Shown: positions 39,901 through 54,012, counted from the first letter of the stretch. The stretch: DNA of 64,000 bases from Lophium mytilinum (GCA_010093605.1 MU004183.1:1240001-1304000), one strand, 5' to 3'. Made by a program: numbers and translations. Notes: generated from the letters alone by a model not told the origin.

Positions 39901-41176
39901 AAAACAAATTGAGCATCCCAGGGATATCACTGCCTTCGGGAATGAGCTGCGGTTTCTGTTCTATAAAGCTCCCTAGACTAGCAGCAAGCTTATCTGGTCA
40001 GCATCATTATCGTCCCCAGCTGTCGGAGAGGACGTACCTCAGCGAGTTTCTTGCAAAGTGAGTATTTCTGCTCATTGATGTCGTGAACATCCATGTCTGC
40101 TAGCGTCCAACTGTACACTTCCCGGAAGAGAGCAACGGTCCCGGGAGTGAACATGGGGCAGACGATGTCAACGAAAGCCTTGTCATCTTGAAGATGCGGT
40201 CTGCAAGAGATGGCATACAGCACTTCCACAGCGGCCTACGTATCATGTTAGTGTCTGATGACAGGGCTTCAAGTATGGGGCTCGTCACCTGTTGAATGGC
40301 GACCACGGGCACCGCAAGTGCTTTACACACGTGCTCGATGATTTGCGTCGCAGCGATTCCAGGTAGCATGACCCATGCTACAGCTGCTCTGAGGGTGTTC
40401 AGCGTCTTAACGGCGCAGGTAGTGATGCGTTCGTTGTTCTGGAAGTCGTTGGCCAAACACCAACTCAGGAGATCACATAGTCTCTTCAGCCATCCATCTT
40501 CACCAAATTTGACATTTAGATTGGTGTCCCGGTCAGGCAAGTGCTGCGCGAGCACGGCAGCCGGAAGGAATATATCGACGCACGCCCTGCCCAGATCCTT
40601 TCCTCGCAGGCCAGCGGTTGGATCTTCACGGGTGAAGATTTCTTCCGACAGCGTTTCGAGCACATAGAGCACCACCGCCTGGTGGTGGAGCGACGACTGC
40701 CACAGTCCCACAAGCCGCTCGTCCATGTCCATCCACTCGGCGCCCCAGGAGCGCTTCGCTACCTCTGTCCACAGCTGAGCGACCTTGTTCCGCAGATAGA
40801 CTGGGTCTTCTTCGGAGATAGCCTGCGCGAGTTGGATCACGTAGTCTCGCAACGCATCGCCCTGCTCAATGGAGTAGTCTTCCCAGCCATACTTTATCGA
40901 ATATTCGAGCATAGAGAGGCCATAGTGGCGGAGGGCGGGCGGTTGGGCCCTGTCGATCGCCAGCGTAAAGCCATGGGAGGGCGCCTCGGGCAGTTTCTTT
41001 GCCTGTTCGAGGTAGGCAGACGCTTTCTTGCGGGTGTCGTTGGAGGAGCGAGAGTCGTAGATAGCTTCCAGCGCCTGCAGGACCTGGGACAGATCATGCT
41101 GAGGCTCGCTCTGGGCGGCGCCACCACCGTTGGTGACGGGTTGCGGGGATGTTCTAGGACCGATGGAGTCCATCAT
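36977..41176 (-). CDS. MSN5: Exportin-5/Msn5 karyopherin, multi-exon
   Basis: Importin-beta N-terminal and Xpo1-type segments (ALEAIYDSRSSNDTRKKASAYLE, LRHYGLSMLE, YLRNKVAQLWTEVAKRSW, LETLSEEIF), plus PSLVVSIPVLHCW and LHEPYFVDCQKELA. Confidence 0.85.
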
Positions 41177-41700
41177 GGCTTCGGTGAGGGCAGCCAGAGG
41201 GTTTGTGTCTAGTCGGGCTGTCAGCGGGCTGGAGATGCAGAGTCCATGGGGTCAGTTCAGCGCAGTACCTAAGATTCGGATTCAGTGGTCAGGCCGCGTC
41301 CGGTGAGGACGGTGAAGGTAAGGACGCAAGTAGCGGGACGCATGTCCTTAAACAAAGCACGGTGTGGCAGCGTACACACGTGCAAAGAGTCATCTGAAGT
41401 GAGGTGAGTGGTGCAAAGGATTCACATCGACGTGGCCAGGCAGGCGGACGCAGGCAGACGATGGAGCCCCGGCGGCGCGTTCCAGAGTTGGAATTATTCT
41501 TAGAGGCGCACGGGGTCCAACACCGCAAGAGAAGCCTGACGTGAGGTTGATTTGTATCTACAATCTTCTGATATGTCCCCGCGTGAAGTTCTCCAGGACT
41601 CCCGTATGCGCCAATATCCATACAGGGCCGCCAAACAAACGCGTAGACGCCGACAGCGTGACTATCGAACCACCAAAGCCCCCCCATACCCTTGCAAAAT

Positions 41701-44173
41701 CTACATCACCATACACCCCTTGAACGTCTCCAAATAGTAGCCCTCCTCTGCGCCCGCTGCGCTGCTTTGCCGCCGCGAACCCTTGATTTTTATCGTCTGA
41801 TCCCCCTCCGCATGCCACCACCGCAGTATTTGAAGTAGCGCCCCATTTTCATCCTCGGTGCTAATCGTCCATTTTCCCCCGCTGACCTCCACGTTCGTGT
41901 CGTTGGGCGGAAAGTGGAAGTCGGGGAGGAACACCACCGTTGGTGCGTCTTCTTTTGTGGAGCTCGGTGCGGAGAGAGTCATGGAGAACGTGCAGTTTCG
42001 GAGATCGAATCCATATCGCGAGATATCCCCGTGCACGGTTATCGGAGTGGGCCTCACATATGCCTCTGCGGCGCGGAAGCTCTGCGAATCAGCGTCACTG
42101 GATTGCTCTCGAGCGCCTTGCAGGGTCATGTCTTCCGCCGAGAGGGTTTGCTTGAGGTTCGCAGGGGATACAGTCAGGGTTTCGGAGGACTGTGCTTGCG
42201 AATATGCGGGAGAGGTGGTGTCGAACGATGCACGAGAGTCGCTTGAAGGCTTTTGTATAGGAGGTAGTGTCCGATCGTTAGTAGAGAAGATCGAGAGGTC
42301 TTCGCCGTTCCATAGATCTCCCCATTCGTGGCTGTTCTGGTTCGGCTTAGCGAGCATCACCTGGTTGAGTCCGGGGGGTACTTACCGTGGCTACGTATGT
42401 CCAGAGTGCGAATCCGTTAGCTCTACTCTCCTCGAGGGCGAAGTGGTTTGCATCCATAGCTGCGATCTGGCTACTATAGTCGCCTGTCTTGTATGCATAC
42501 TTGTCATCCATGTCATAGGGGATGCCGATCTCAGTGAAGACACATGGATGGACGCCCATGTACTCGGTACCTTCCTCGCGAATCGCAGCAAGCTGGTGCG
42601 CAAGGCAGTTCCGGATCGCAGTCTCCCCGAATTTGATAGCAAATGCTGGAGTCAGATACTTGCCTCTTAGTACACCAAACACATCAACGTTCCAGACGCG
42701 ATTCCTGCGAAATTAATCAGAATCCTGAATATGTAGAACCGACTGGACCTACCATTTCTTTGTTAATAGCGTGATGCCGTCGTAATAATGTGGCGAGAAA
42801 ATCATGTTTGGATCGTCATCTTGTGTCCCCTTGATAGATGGTGGTATTTCTAAAACGGGCGGCTGGAAGAACATGAGAGAGTCAGGGAAGACAGACTTGA
42901 CCATCGCGCTATATTTTCGGTAGTGTTGCATGTAGTAATGGTTTGTGAAGTACTCGTAGTCGATTTTGTCACCATTTTGGGGGTTATTGCCAAAATAGTT
43001 CTTTTTCAGGATTGTATCCGTAGCTGGGTCCCAGACACCATGCTGGGCCCATATGCACTCTCCAAGCTTCCATCCCGGGTCACGTTTCCAGCCATAGCGA
43101 GAGTCGTCGTAGTCTGCGGGAAGCCAAGCCGAACGTCCTTTGGGGTCGATCAAAAGGGAGCCAGACTTGTAAGGCCCCATGCCACCGAAGTCCCATGTGT
43201 TTATCTCGCAAGCTCTACCGGATCCGGTAAGAATTGCCTGCCAAGCCGTTGGCGATGTGCCCTTTTGCAGCTTCTGCTCGGGTGGAATGACAGTCACATC
43301 CTGGTAGCTTATCAAGCCTCTGTTGGGCTCGTTGAGACTCTCCCAGCCAACAATGGGGTCGTATTCCAGGTCTCCGGCCTCGTGGATTCGTGTTGCGAGG
43401 TGCTTGCATGCTGCGACGTAATGGTCTGTCAGGTAGTCCTGGATATTCTTCCCGTCGATGATTGCTTTTGGCGCAAAGTCTCGGCCTCCGAAGAACAGCG
43501 TGAACATGACCTGACAAGCAAGTCGAGTATAGTTGGTTGCCCATATCATCTTGGGATATTCGGCCGGTTTGGGATAGGTATTGTGGACCAGAGCAGCCTC
43601 AGTGACATCGAACGCGCGCGGATCCAGCCCGCACGCATACAACGTCCACATGGGCGCTCCTGATCCGCCTGAAAATCTCGACCACTAGCAAATGTCAGAG
43701 AAAAGGTCGTGTATCACTCGAGTAAGCCACATACAACATCCTGATGAGGGTCCATGAAGACAAAGAATCCATAGCGTTTTGCGACACGAAGCACCGCAAT
43801 CGTGTGCTGTATCCAGTCTTCATCATATCGACCCGGGCCTGCCGCCTCTATAGCTTCCCATGTGAAGACGTATCGTATCGTGTTGTATCCCCATCGCCTC
43901 AATCGGGCGAAGTGGACGTTGGCTGAGTCTACTGTGAAAGGCCGGTCGATGAAGGAGACATTGTCTCCATCGAAGAACTGATCCGGCACATGCGACGGGA
44001 GGTTCGGCTTGGAAGGAAGCTTCGCGTCTGCTGCTGCGTTGATACCATGGCTTCAAATGCAGTACATATGTTAGCGGGCTTCACCGAGACGGGGTGGGGA
44101 CGTACAGGATAACCTCGCGATTATCAGCATCACGGAATGTGCGGCCGTCGATGCGGAGTCGAAGAGGCGCCAT
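41701..44173 (-). CDS. Glycoside hydrolase family 5, endoglycoceramidase-related (EGCrP/Egh1-like steryl-beta-glucosidase)
   Basis: MAPLRLRIDGRTFRD...GIN.AADAKLP, FTWEAIE..GPG.YD, MDPHQDVWSRFSGGSGAP, acid/base motif SLNEP, nucleophile motif FTEIGIP and WGDLWNGEDLSIFS. Confidence 0.92.
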
Positions 44174-44565
44174 GAGCGAGTCTAGAGAGGAGGGTAGACG
44201 TGGATGGCGCCTCAAGGGACAGTCTGTTTATACCAGGTATGGGGGACAGGCGGACCATGGATACAAGCAAGTCAGATAGCAGCGGAAGAGGGTCATTTAA
44301 TCGTCCATGCGCGTCATCCCCACAGTTCAGTTCGCATGGGGTCCTGGTCGGGTCGACGCATCGGATCGAAATGTGGCCTAAATCAAGGTGGCTTGGCTAT
44401 TGGTTCAGCCTCATAAAGAGATGCCAGAGTGGCCATTCAGGGCTCCATCGCTCTTGCATCCTTTCACTCTATATTTAATGTCGCCGGCAGAGGCCAGCTT
44501 TCTCCTCGCTCCTTAACCCATTTCTTCCTTTCGGGCTCATTTTCTTCCTCCTACACGTTGCCACC

Positions 44566-46181
44566 ATGATCTTGCCGCTCTCATCGCTCGCGCTCGGAGC
44601 TATCCTGCTCTCCTCGCCCCTCGTTGCCGCCCTCTCGCCCTCAGACATCCCCGCAGACACTCCCGTGGCCCAACTCCTCAAGAGCGCGACCGCGAATCTT
44701 GCCGCTGGAAACGCCCAAGATGCGCTCGTCTACTTCGATAAGGCTGTCACGCGCGACCCGAGAAACTACCTCACCCTTTTCAAGCGCGGCGCCGCATACC
44801 TCTCGTTAGGGAAGAACCAACAAGCTCAACATGACTTTGACAAAGTGCTGGAGCTGAAGCCGGGCTTCGAAGGTGCCCTGGTTCAGCGCGCAAAGATAAA
44901 GAGCCGAAGTGGAAACTGGGCTGCTGCGAGAAAGGACTATGAAGCTGCTGGCAAGCTTGGAGGCGAGGAGATCGCGACTTTGGAGGAGGCACAAGCGGCT
45001 GCTCTACTAGCTGTAGAGGCTGCAGAGCGTGGAGACTGGGAAGCGTGTGTTGCGCAGGCTGGTGTTGCCATTATAGTTGCTGGAACAGCATCCGATCTTC
45101 GACGACTGAGGTCGAGGTGTCGATTCGAGCGAGGTGAGGTCATGGAGGGCGTCAGCGACTTGCAGCACCTACTGCAGATCAACTCCGGGAGCACTGAGCC
45201 TTATTTGAAGATTTCCACTATGACTTTCTACGCATTGGGCGAGACTGAAAAGGGCCTACAAGAGATTCGGAAATGTTTCCAGTCGGACCCCGACTCCAAG
45301 GCTTGCATGAAGGTCATGAAGCGTGAGAAGGCTATCGAGAAGCAATTGAAGAAACTGAGGCAATTTATGGAAAGACGACAGTTCGTCAGCGCCACCAAAC
45401 TACTAGTGCCGAGCGGAGAGGATACTGGGCTCCTTGCAGATGTCAAGGAAGACATCAATTCTTACAAGGATCAAGACATCATTCACAAGAGCTCTCCAGA
45501 CGGACTGTATACTACGCTAGTAGAAATGACCTGCGAAGCATACGTGGAGGTAAATTGATGCGAGCCCCTTGGAAACTACGATGGCTGATGGTTCTTTAGA
45601 CGAACAACAACAAAAAAGCACAGCTATATTGCGTTGAAGCCTTGTCGCTGAGCCCGACTTCATTATTTGGACTGCTTTCTCAGGCACGAAAGCAGCTCGA
45701 TGCTGATGACTTCGAGGGCGCTATCCGTACCCTGAACGAGGCCAAAGAACACCATCAATCGAACGGCAAGGTCCAGGAGCAACTCCAGAAGGCTCACCTA
45801 GAGCTGAAGAAGTCAAAGCAGAAGGACTACTACAAGGTTCTTGGCGTTCCTCGAGATGCGGATGACCGAACGATCAAGCGTGCCTGGCGTGATCTCACGA
45901 AGAAGTTCCATCCCGACAAGGCTCCGGCGCACGGTATAGCCCCAGAAGAAGCGCAAATGAAGATGGCAGCCATCAACGAGGCCTATGAGATTCTGAGTGA
46001 TCCCGAGCTCAAGGCCAGGTTCGATAACGGAGACGATCCCAACAACCCAGAGCAGCAGCAAGGTCACCCATTCCACGGCTCGCCATTCGGCCAAGGCGGG
46101 CAGCAATTCATGTTTCGGCAAGGCGGCGGTGGATTCAAGTTTCAGCAGGGGGGCGGGTTCAACTTTCCAGGAGGGTTTTGA
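44566..46181 (+). CDS. ER-lumenal TPR plus J-domain co-chaperone (DNAJC3/P58IPK/Jem1-like)
   Basis: Signal peptide, TPR repeats, J domain KDYYKVLGV...HPDK...INEAYEILSDPE and a G/F-rich tail. Intron about 45550-45599. Confidence 0.93.
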
Positions 46182-46576
46182 GGCACATTTCTATTCATTA
46201 TCGGCGTTAGACAGGGGCATCAGTGCGGACCTGGAGGCATTCTGGCGTAATTATATCCGCATTCAATTGCTAGCGGCGACACATGAGCACTGGTGTGTCG
46301 TCTGTACTCTAGGTTCGGATGTCTCTCTGGCCAACATTCGAGTTATTAAAGCATTCACTCTGATATGTACAGCGTGCGACAGTGCGCGAAACAATTGTGA
46401 CATCCCTATCAACTCACTTCGTGACCTCATGTGACCCAAGCGCGCGACTCGCTTGAAGATGTTGCGGCTTCGAAACTCTTATGGGCTCCATCATCCACCC
46501 CACCTGCTCCCAGCGCTGTCAAGTGCCCGGCGCAACCCCAGGACAATGCAGCTGCTGTCTGTACGGCGACCTCAGC

Positions 46577-48208
46577 ATGGCCTTTGAGGGCGTGTCGTAC
46601 AACCTTGAGAATGAGCAGCAGTTCTGGGATGGTGGGCGCTGCTTCAACCCCGCGCATGCCCGTGCTAATCCTCCGCAGAGCTCGATGAGATTGTTTCCAC
46701 GCGCTGCAGCGACCACGAGAGAATAGACGATGCCCTACGCTCGTATCTCAGCTTCACTACCGAATTCAGAGGTACTATACTTCGCGAAGCCTAGCCGATA
46801 TTGGGGACAATGTTGATTTTGGGCAGCCGAGTACCTCTCCACCGAAGACGACATCACCAAGTGCAGTCGCCGTCTCATAGACGGCGACCTCTTTGCGAAC
46901 CACACAGACTATGTTCGACGGCAAATTGTGTATTGCATACTGCAGGTTAGACTCCATGCCCTTTACATCAATTCGAGGCGAGGCTGATCTTGAAACAGGA
47001 GGACGATAACCCAACTCTCCATTTGGTCGCAACATTCCTACTAGTGGATGGCAGCAATCACGATGCCACCTTCGAGATGATGCAAGCTGAGGGCGCCTTC
47101 TCGCGCATAGTGGAGCTCGTACAACGCCCGGAAGTTGAAGCGGATATGGCTCTGCACCAGCTTCTCTTAAAGCTTTTGTACGAGATGTCACGAATACAGA
47201 AGTTGAGCTGGGATGATCTGGGTGGGTTTCCCTAATGCACTTCTGACTGTTAAATGTGGTCGTATACGGCTCGTGCTGACAACAGGAATAGTGGCTGTAG
47301 ATGATGCCTTCGTTCTGCGTCTCTTTCAAATTATAGAAGGGGCTTCATACGACGTCGACGACCCTTATCACTACCCCGTAATTCGCGTTCTGGTACGTAC
47401 TTCGTGTATAGCGATACATGTTCCTCATTAATGTAACCCCTAGCTGGTTCTGAACGAGCAATACATGATTGCATCTACATCTTCGGTCACCATTTCTCCA
47501 CCACCAAGAGTAACCAACCGCGTAATAAAGGCCCTCTCCACCCACGGCTTAAGCTACAAGACCTTCGGAGAAAATATCATCCTCCTCTTAAACCGCGAGT
47601 CCGAGCTGTCCCTTCAGCTGCTAATCCTCAAGCTCCTCTTTCTCATATTCCAATCATCATCCACGGCCGAGTACTTTTATACCAACGACCTCCACGTGTT
47701 AATAGACGTCATTCTGCGCAACCTGCTAGACCTCCCCTACGACGAGCCCCGCGCAGAGTCCTTACGCCACACCTACCTTCGCGTCCTCCATCCACTACTA
47801 GCAAACAGTCAAGTCAGCCGGCCGCCTCACTACAAACGTACCGACATCCTCCGCCTCCTCCACATGCTAGCGACAAGCGGCACCCACTTCGCCCCCATCG
47901 ACGACACGACCCTCCGCCTCGTGAAGCGCTGCATCACCGTCCCCTGGCTCCAAGAAACCAGCACCCCCTCCCGCTCGAATTCCTACTCAGACGCCGAAGG
48001 CGGCGCGAGCGCCCCCGTGACCCCGCTCTCCGGATCCCAGGAAAACAACGCCATCGGCGAGGGCCAGCGGGAGCTCGCGAGACGCATGCTCGGCATGAGC
48101 GTGAAGGCCGGAAACGAGAGCGCGACTAGCGTTATTGAGGTAGCTGCGCATACGGCGAGGCCCGGGATCCAAACGCCTAGTAAAGTGCGGGATGCGCAGG
48201 ATGCCTAG
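46577..48208 (+). CDS. Ldb17/Dip1/SPIN90-like Arp2/3 regulator, multi-exon
   Basis: [61 protein letters not shown] and [22 protein letters not shown]. Confidence 0.85.
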
Positions 48209-49062
48209 TTTTGAGATTTCGCAACGACTTGAAGACACTGCACAAGGTCGGCATTATTGGCAGCATGACTGAGGCGTGTTATGTTGAGCTAGAGAGAGTG
48301 TGTGAGTGCATCGTGGGCGGCGTTTATCGATTACGTGGAGCGTTCTGCTGTCTGGGGTCTCGTCGGGAGTCTTTCGTGCTTTGGCATTTGATAGCTTCGA
48401 TAATTAACCCTTTTAGAGTATCGGCCGTGGGCTGTCGTGGGCTGAAGCGCTTCAACTTGAATGCCCTAAGGATCATGCGGATAGAAATTGGAATGGGGTA
48501 CTGTAATTAGACTAGCGGTTAACATTTTTAAATTTGGTACGAACTTGACCTGGTTCACATGCAGGATGTGATAGATAAAAGGTTAGAGCAGAGCCTTGAT
48601 CTATATAATAGGCTGCCGTCGGACGCGTCGTCCTATCCTGCTAGGGGGTCACTTCAATGCATGCCTTACTATGCACGACAAATCTACAGAGTACATATAT
48701 TCACGCCTATCTCTTCTTTGATCCGGTTTCTCCGAGCATTCATGTCTCAACGATAGCGGCACAAAGTATCAAATAACCAAGACTTCGATTCGTCTGCTCC
48801 ATATTCTACAGCATTCGGTAGAGTTGTACTATATATGTACGAGCTCGGTTGTAAAATAAAATCAAAGTCCGCCATCCAGATTGGTGTGGGCATCAAAGTC
48901 ACCAATATAATCCAGACTCCAGTCCAGTCCCCTCCATTGGTATCATGTTCTTTCCGTGAACCCCAAGAAAACATCGTTTGAAACGTAACGCCGGAGAAAG
49001 TCAGTTCATGCCCAACACCGCCAGATGCTCATGCAATGCAGATAAAATGACACCAGTCGACT

Positions 49063-50484
49063 CTACTCCTCGACTTCTCCTTCTTCGCTGACGTCGTCCT
49101 CTTCCTTCTGTGGAATGGCAATTGCTGTGGTCGAGTCCTTGGATTCGGGCTTGGAAGCGCCATTTGCCTCCGGCTGGACTCCATTCTTGCTTGCTTCAGG
49201 CTTCGATGCCACTCCGTTCTGAGCTGGTCCAGATTGCGAAGTCGACCCATTCTGGACAGGCGCAGGCTTCGGTGCCTCTCCGTTCTGGGGTTTCGACTCT
49301 CCGGGCTTCGAATTCCTACGCGAGGATATCCCGTTGGTGATTCCGTTTTCGGGCCCATCCTCTCTCCTCTTCTTTGTACTCTGCTCGCTTGCGCTGCGCT
49401 CCATGCCCACACCGTCGTCGCGCTTCCGCTTGAGGCTCTGGTCGCTAGCACTCCTCTCCATGCCTACAGAGCTAGCAGCTGGGCTGATCGGCGTCTGTGA
49501 TGGTCTTAGCCTAGTGATCGCGTAGAGAGGATCTTCGTCCTCAGGGGTACGAAGACCTACGTAGATACTATGGCCACCAACATCCTTGTCCGGCACATGC
49601 TCGTAGTTCTCTGCCATGTGGTTGCATGCGCGCCGGATATCCTTCAAGTTCACATACTGAATCTCCCACCATGGCTTGCCGTCCTCGTCGGGGAAAGCGA
49701 TGTTGCACATCTTTGCGCCTGCGAAGAGTGCTGCGGCGGCAATGGTTCGTGAGCTGAAGAGGAGGCAAAGTGATGTCAAAGCACTGTCGTTGAGGAAGGC
49801 CCAGGCGGCGTCACGTAGTCTCTTGTCGTGCTGGACACCAAGGTACACCAGCATATCGTACATGAGCTTGTGCGTTGGCTCGAGGGATAGGTCGAAGCAG
49901 AGGGTCTCAAGAAGGACGTCTTCGTTGTAAAGGATGGTGTCGCGCCACTTCCAATAATCCTTAGTCTGCTCATCGACAATGGCATTGGGGTTCTTCGTCG
50001 CGACTCGGACGCAGGCGACGATCAACTCCTTCATCTTGCGGCAGTTCTCCTCAACTTTTGTGGCCAGGAATAAGGAGGTCGCGGCAACTTGCTGGTAGAT
50101 GTGAGCATAGTTCTCGCGCGAAAGATGGCCGAGATCGCTTACATAGTGATGCATCGGCTTGAAGTTCTCCGCAGGCTTCGCCACGAGGGTCTGGCGCATG
50201 AGAAATCGATTGAAGAAGACACAGGCGGTCGAGAGGGTCATCTGAGGGAGCTTCAACAGTATGCCGATCTGCAGGATGAAGTTGGCTCCTTTCTTGCGGT
50301 TCCCTTTCTCCAATTCCAACGGCATGCCATCGATGATGGATGGTGTTCGGAGCAGCTCATCTTCAGTAAAGATCCACTGCTTCTCAGCTTCGGTGACGAC
50401 TGGATTGGGAGGTTTCGGTCGCTCTCGCACCGCAGCGCGCCGGCTTGGGTGAGGGGCTGATGAAGGCATCGCGAGTTTGGACAT
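49063..50484 (-). CDS. Transcriptional cyclin (cyclin K/T, Pch1-like)
   Basis: QWIFTEDEL.RTPSI.DG, QIGILLKLPQ.T..TA.VFF.RF, LFLATKVEENCRK and LLETLCFDL. One in-frame intron near 50093-50143. Confidence 0.92.
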   Translation of the reverse strand: MSKLAMPSSAPHPSRRAAVRERPKPPNPVVTEAEKQWIFTEDELLRTPSIIDGMPLELEKGNRKKGANFILQIGILLKLPQMTLSTACVFFNRFLMRQTLVAKPAENFKPMHHYVSDLGHLSRENYAHIYQQVAATSLFLATKVEENCRKMKELIVACVRVATKNPNAIVDEQTKDYWKWRDTILYNEDVLLETLCFDLSLEPTHKLMYDMLVYLGVQHDKRLRDAAWAFLNDSALTSLCLLFSSRTIAAAALFAGAKMCNIAFPDEDGKPWWEIQYVNLKDIRRACNHMAENYEHVPDKDVGGHSIYVGLRTPEDEDPLYAITRLRPSQTPISPAASSVGMERSASDQSLKRKRDDGVGMERSASEQSTKKRREDGPENGITNGISSRRNSKPGESKPQNGEAPKPAPVQNGSTSQSGPAQNGVASKPEASKNGVQPEANGASKPESKDSTTAIAIPQKEEDDVSEEGEVEE

Positions 50485-50808
50485 GAAGCGTCAAGGAGCG
50501 GAAGGAGGGTTACGACAATAGCGACGGCTGTCGAGGTTGGGGCGGTGGTCGAGTCTTGGACATGAGTAGAGGAGAGGAGGTGGAGGCGGCGAAGGAGTGT
50601 GAGAAGACGCTGGAGCGTCTATTATAGAGGTGCTTCCTATTGATGGACCAGAACAATAGCAGGCGGCGTCACAACCTTAAGCCTCGCAAACGCGCGGGCG
50701 CTTGGACCAACGCAATGCCAAGCTGGGCCATAAATCGACCTCACCAGCTATCACCGCGAAGGTCCTTCTGAATATCAAACGTCTCATCAAATTGGTAACG
50801 TCTTCAGA

Positions 50809-51419
50809 ATGCGGCTTTTGAACCTCCTCCTGCTCCCGGCTGCTCTCGCCTCCACAATAACGATATACACCAATCCTCTCCACCGAGACTCCGCCGCTAC
50901 AATTCCATCGCCAACCCCACTGGCAACAATCTCCTACGACCCGTCCACAGCATCAGCATCCCTCGCATCCTACCACCCTCCTACGGGCGCATATACACCG
51001 TCCCATCTGTTCCGCATCGGGCTCTTCGACCCAGCCACCAAGGAATGGAAGGGCGTCGTAACGTCCTCCGCTAGCTTTGCGGATGAGTACTTGAAGAAGT
51101 TCATCCTACACGTCGATGAGCGGGGAGAAGTGTACCACGTTGGATTCGGTACGGCAGGGAAGACTGCAGGGAGCGATGAGGTCGAGATTGAAGTGTCACC
51201 GAGGGCAAAGGGGCCGCAGCCAAGTCTAAATAAGCCGATAGTATTGAATGCGGAGGGAAAGCTGGAGGGGAAGGAGCCAGAGAAGACTTTTCTGCAAAAG
51301 TGAGTAGTTTTGTTCCCTCGAAAGCTCAGGACGATGCTAATGTGTGTTTAAACAGGTATTGGTGGGCATTGCTCCTGTTCTTAGCGGTGCAGCTTCTGGT
51401 AGGTGGAGGGAAGGAATGA
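50809..51419 (+). CDS. EMC10-like single-pass ER membrane protein
   Basis: Signal peptide and P.LNKPIVLN..GK....PEKTFLQK|YWWALLLFLAVQLL with a C-terminal TM segment. Intron 51300-51356. Confidence 0.8.
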
Positions 51420-51497
51420 GTGTAGAACCGGAGCCATGCATAGCTTTCCGTAATAGTTGACGAATGAGATATCCAGTCCTAGCGTCCACCATTCGCT

Positions 51498-51606
51498 TGC
51501 CACTGCTTGGATTGCATTGATATTGTTTTAGAGCTCTAACATGCATAGTCTTGAAGAGTCAGTAAGTTCCCTAAGCCACCTCAGACAGCAGGTCATAGGT
51601 GCACAA
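51498..51606. mobile_element. Eroded MITE core between convergent 3' ends
   Basis: tgccactgcttgga (14 nt identical to MITE copies 2 and 3), gccacctcagacagc (reverse complement of a copy 2 segment) and aggtgcaca. Confidence 0.5.
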
Positions 51607-51798
51607 AGGTGAAGTCCATCAATCTATCATTCAAAGATTACGTTTTCAATCCAACGCCCCCTGACCCGTCAACTCATGTATACAGCGATCCACCCATCAT
51701 GTCCCGAAACGCCCTCAATGCTGAGAGGAGGAATACATATTTTACAAAAGAAGAAGTCGTACGTGCAATGAGACGCGTGAATCGTCAGTGGTGGCGCC

Positions 51799-54012
51799 TT
51801 AGAAATTCGGCGACAGCCAGTCGTACTTCACACATCTCTCGACCTAAGAAACTCGCGTTAGTCAGAGGTAACGTATGCGGTGAATGCTCTCGGCAACTTA
51901 CGCTTTCGATGGAAGCCTGGAGGAAGCTACGTGCTTCTAGGCCTGCCCAAACCTTGAGCATAGAGAAGTCTCCGCCACGGATCATAGAAGAGCCACTCTG
52001 GGCGCCGAGTTTTCGAAGGATGGGTAGAGCACTGGAATAAGATATTAGATCAGGTACCCAGGCTACTCACGAGATATTCAGGGAGGCTTACCCTGCAAAG
52101 AGATCCAGGTCGGGTTCGAGGCTTCTCCCGATGCCTTCCAAGAGCAAAATGCTCAACACAACATTGACAAAATCGCCCTCAAGTCTAACGTGGTGCGATC
52201 TAACCATAGAAAGAACTTCATTCAAGATGTCACCAATCTTGATATTTCCCAGAGCGAAAGTTCGGCTCTTCACACCGAGCACGAGATGTTGCATCCGCAG
52301 TGCGAAAACTTCTGCATCGATGACCGCATCTGGTTGCCTACAACGCTCTACCATCAAATGGCCAGCTTTGTAACCATCGAACTCTGCAATCGATTTGAAG
52401 AGGTCGAGGAAATTGGCGCGATTCTTGGCATTGAGTTCTGTAACAAGTCCAGTATCAATGAATATGAGTTGGGGCCTGTACCCTTCGCGGTCGATCTGTT
52501 TAAGTTGAGCTGTCCACTCTTCCGGCTTCTTGCTGTACGGTCGAAGTCTCTCCAACACTTCTTCTGTGACATCCGGAGACTCTTGTGGGAGGGTATTTTG
52601 TTTTCGACTGAATGTTGGAACGTCGAGCTTTTCTGGCTTGTAGAATCTTACCATGATGTTACCTGGGTGGAGGTCGGCGTGAATGAAGTTGTCAATCAGC
52701 AGCATGTGCAGGAATGCATCGAGGCCCTCGTCGGCGAGGTCTTTCTGGAAGACACCACCTCCGTTCTGGAGGAAGTCTTCAAGCGGAATGCCTTGCGCGA
52801 ACTCTTCAATTAGCACCTCGCGTGTTGTGTAATCGGTGTACGGATAGGGAAACCATGCGGTGCCGCGGTTCTTGAAATGTTTCCGGAAGATAGACAAATT
52901 GGCAGACTCAATTCGCAAATCCAATTGGAGCCTCATCATCTCTCCGAACTGCTCCACTTCATCCGGGAATGAAAACCACTCCATGGTAGGGATCGCGTTG
53001 ATCAGTGCAGCAAAGAATGCCATGATCCGTATGTCTCTCTGAACAATCCTGTCCACCTTAGGGTGTAGAACCTTGACTGCGACATACGTGGAAGGAACTC
53101 GCTGCGGCATGCTTTTCAATGTCACATCCACATTCTTCCTGAATCGTTGCCGAAGATTCGGAGGCTCGTCTTCAAGATCCGTGTCACCCGGCGCAGCAAG
53201 ATCAGTCTTTAGCTTCGCTTTGTATACTTGAGCGATTGCGCCGACTCCAAGAGGTGCCTCTTGGAACTCTTCGAAGATGTCTTCGAATGCCCGTCCATCG
53301 AACGCCCTCTCGACTATTTTCTTCGTTTTAGAAAGGGGATGTGCTGGTGCATTCGAGTGCATAGATGACATGGTTCGACACATCTCCGTGGGGAATACGT
53401 CAGATCTTGAGGCTGCCCATTGACCAAGCTACGCAGATACCGTCAGCGGGTGTTTGCAAGGGTTTGATGCAGTATCACCTTAATGAAAGCGGCACCGGCT
53501 CGCTCCATTGATCTTGTCAAGAATCCGTACCACCAAAGGGTACCGCTTCTCTCGTTGTCTCGGCCAGGTTGACGCGCTCCAATCCATATGGCTGGCACTG
53601 TGACTAGCACAGGCACGAATATAAAGACCAGATGAAGAAACCTTAGACCAGTACATATTGGCTCGATAATGTACAGCTCCAAGAAGAAATATACCCCTCG
53701 CCGCACCTTCTTTGAGCCTTTCAAAGCTTTAGGGACATGTTCGGCCAATTCCTTCCGCGATGCCTCCAGCATAGCCGCCTCGTGAGTTTTATCCCCATTT
53801 TGTGTATCCTCTTCACTGATAGCGACAAAGGCGAGGGGGCTGAGCGCAGCAAGGTGTATGGGTCTCCCAGTAATTCGAGGAGGAGCGCTGAAGTACTTGC
53901 GGCCGAAGTTGCGCGCCGAGGGGAAGGGACGGGAGTGACGCGGGGCGAATTGAGCGGATTGGCGGATGCCTTGTCGAAGACATTGTCGGCCAAAGAGGAA
54001 GGCCGTCCGCAT
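51799..54012 (-). CDS. Mitochondrial ABC1/UbiB atypical kinase (ADCK2/Cqd1-like)
   Basis: Arg-rich presequence, AFIK|LGQWAASR.D.FP, PLGVGAIAQVY, VAVKVLHP, HADLHPGNI and IDTGL. The spliced end reads VERCVKYDWLSPNF* (stop at 51799). Confidence 0.92.

Noticed and set aside
34674..43663. Long antisense ORFs over the dioxygenase, MSN5 and GH5 genes
   Set aside because: These are shadow ORFs produced by codon bias of the real genes on the opposite strand.
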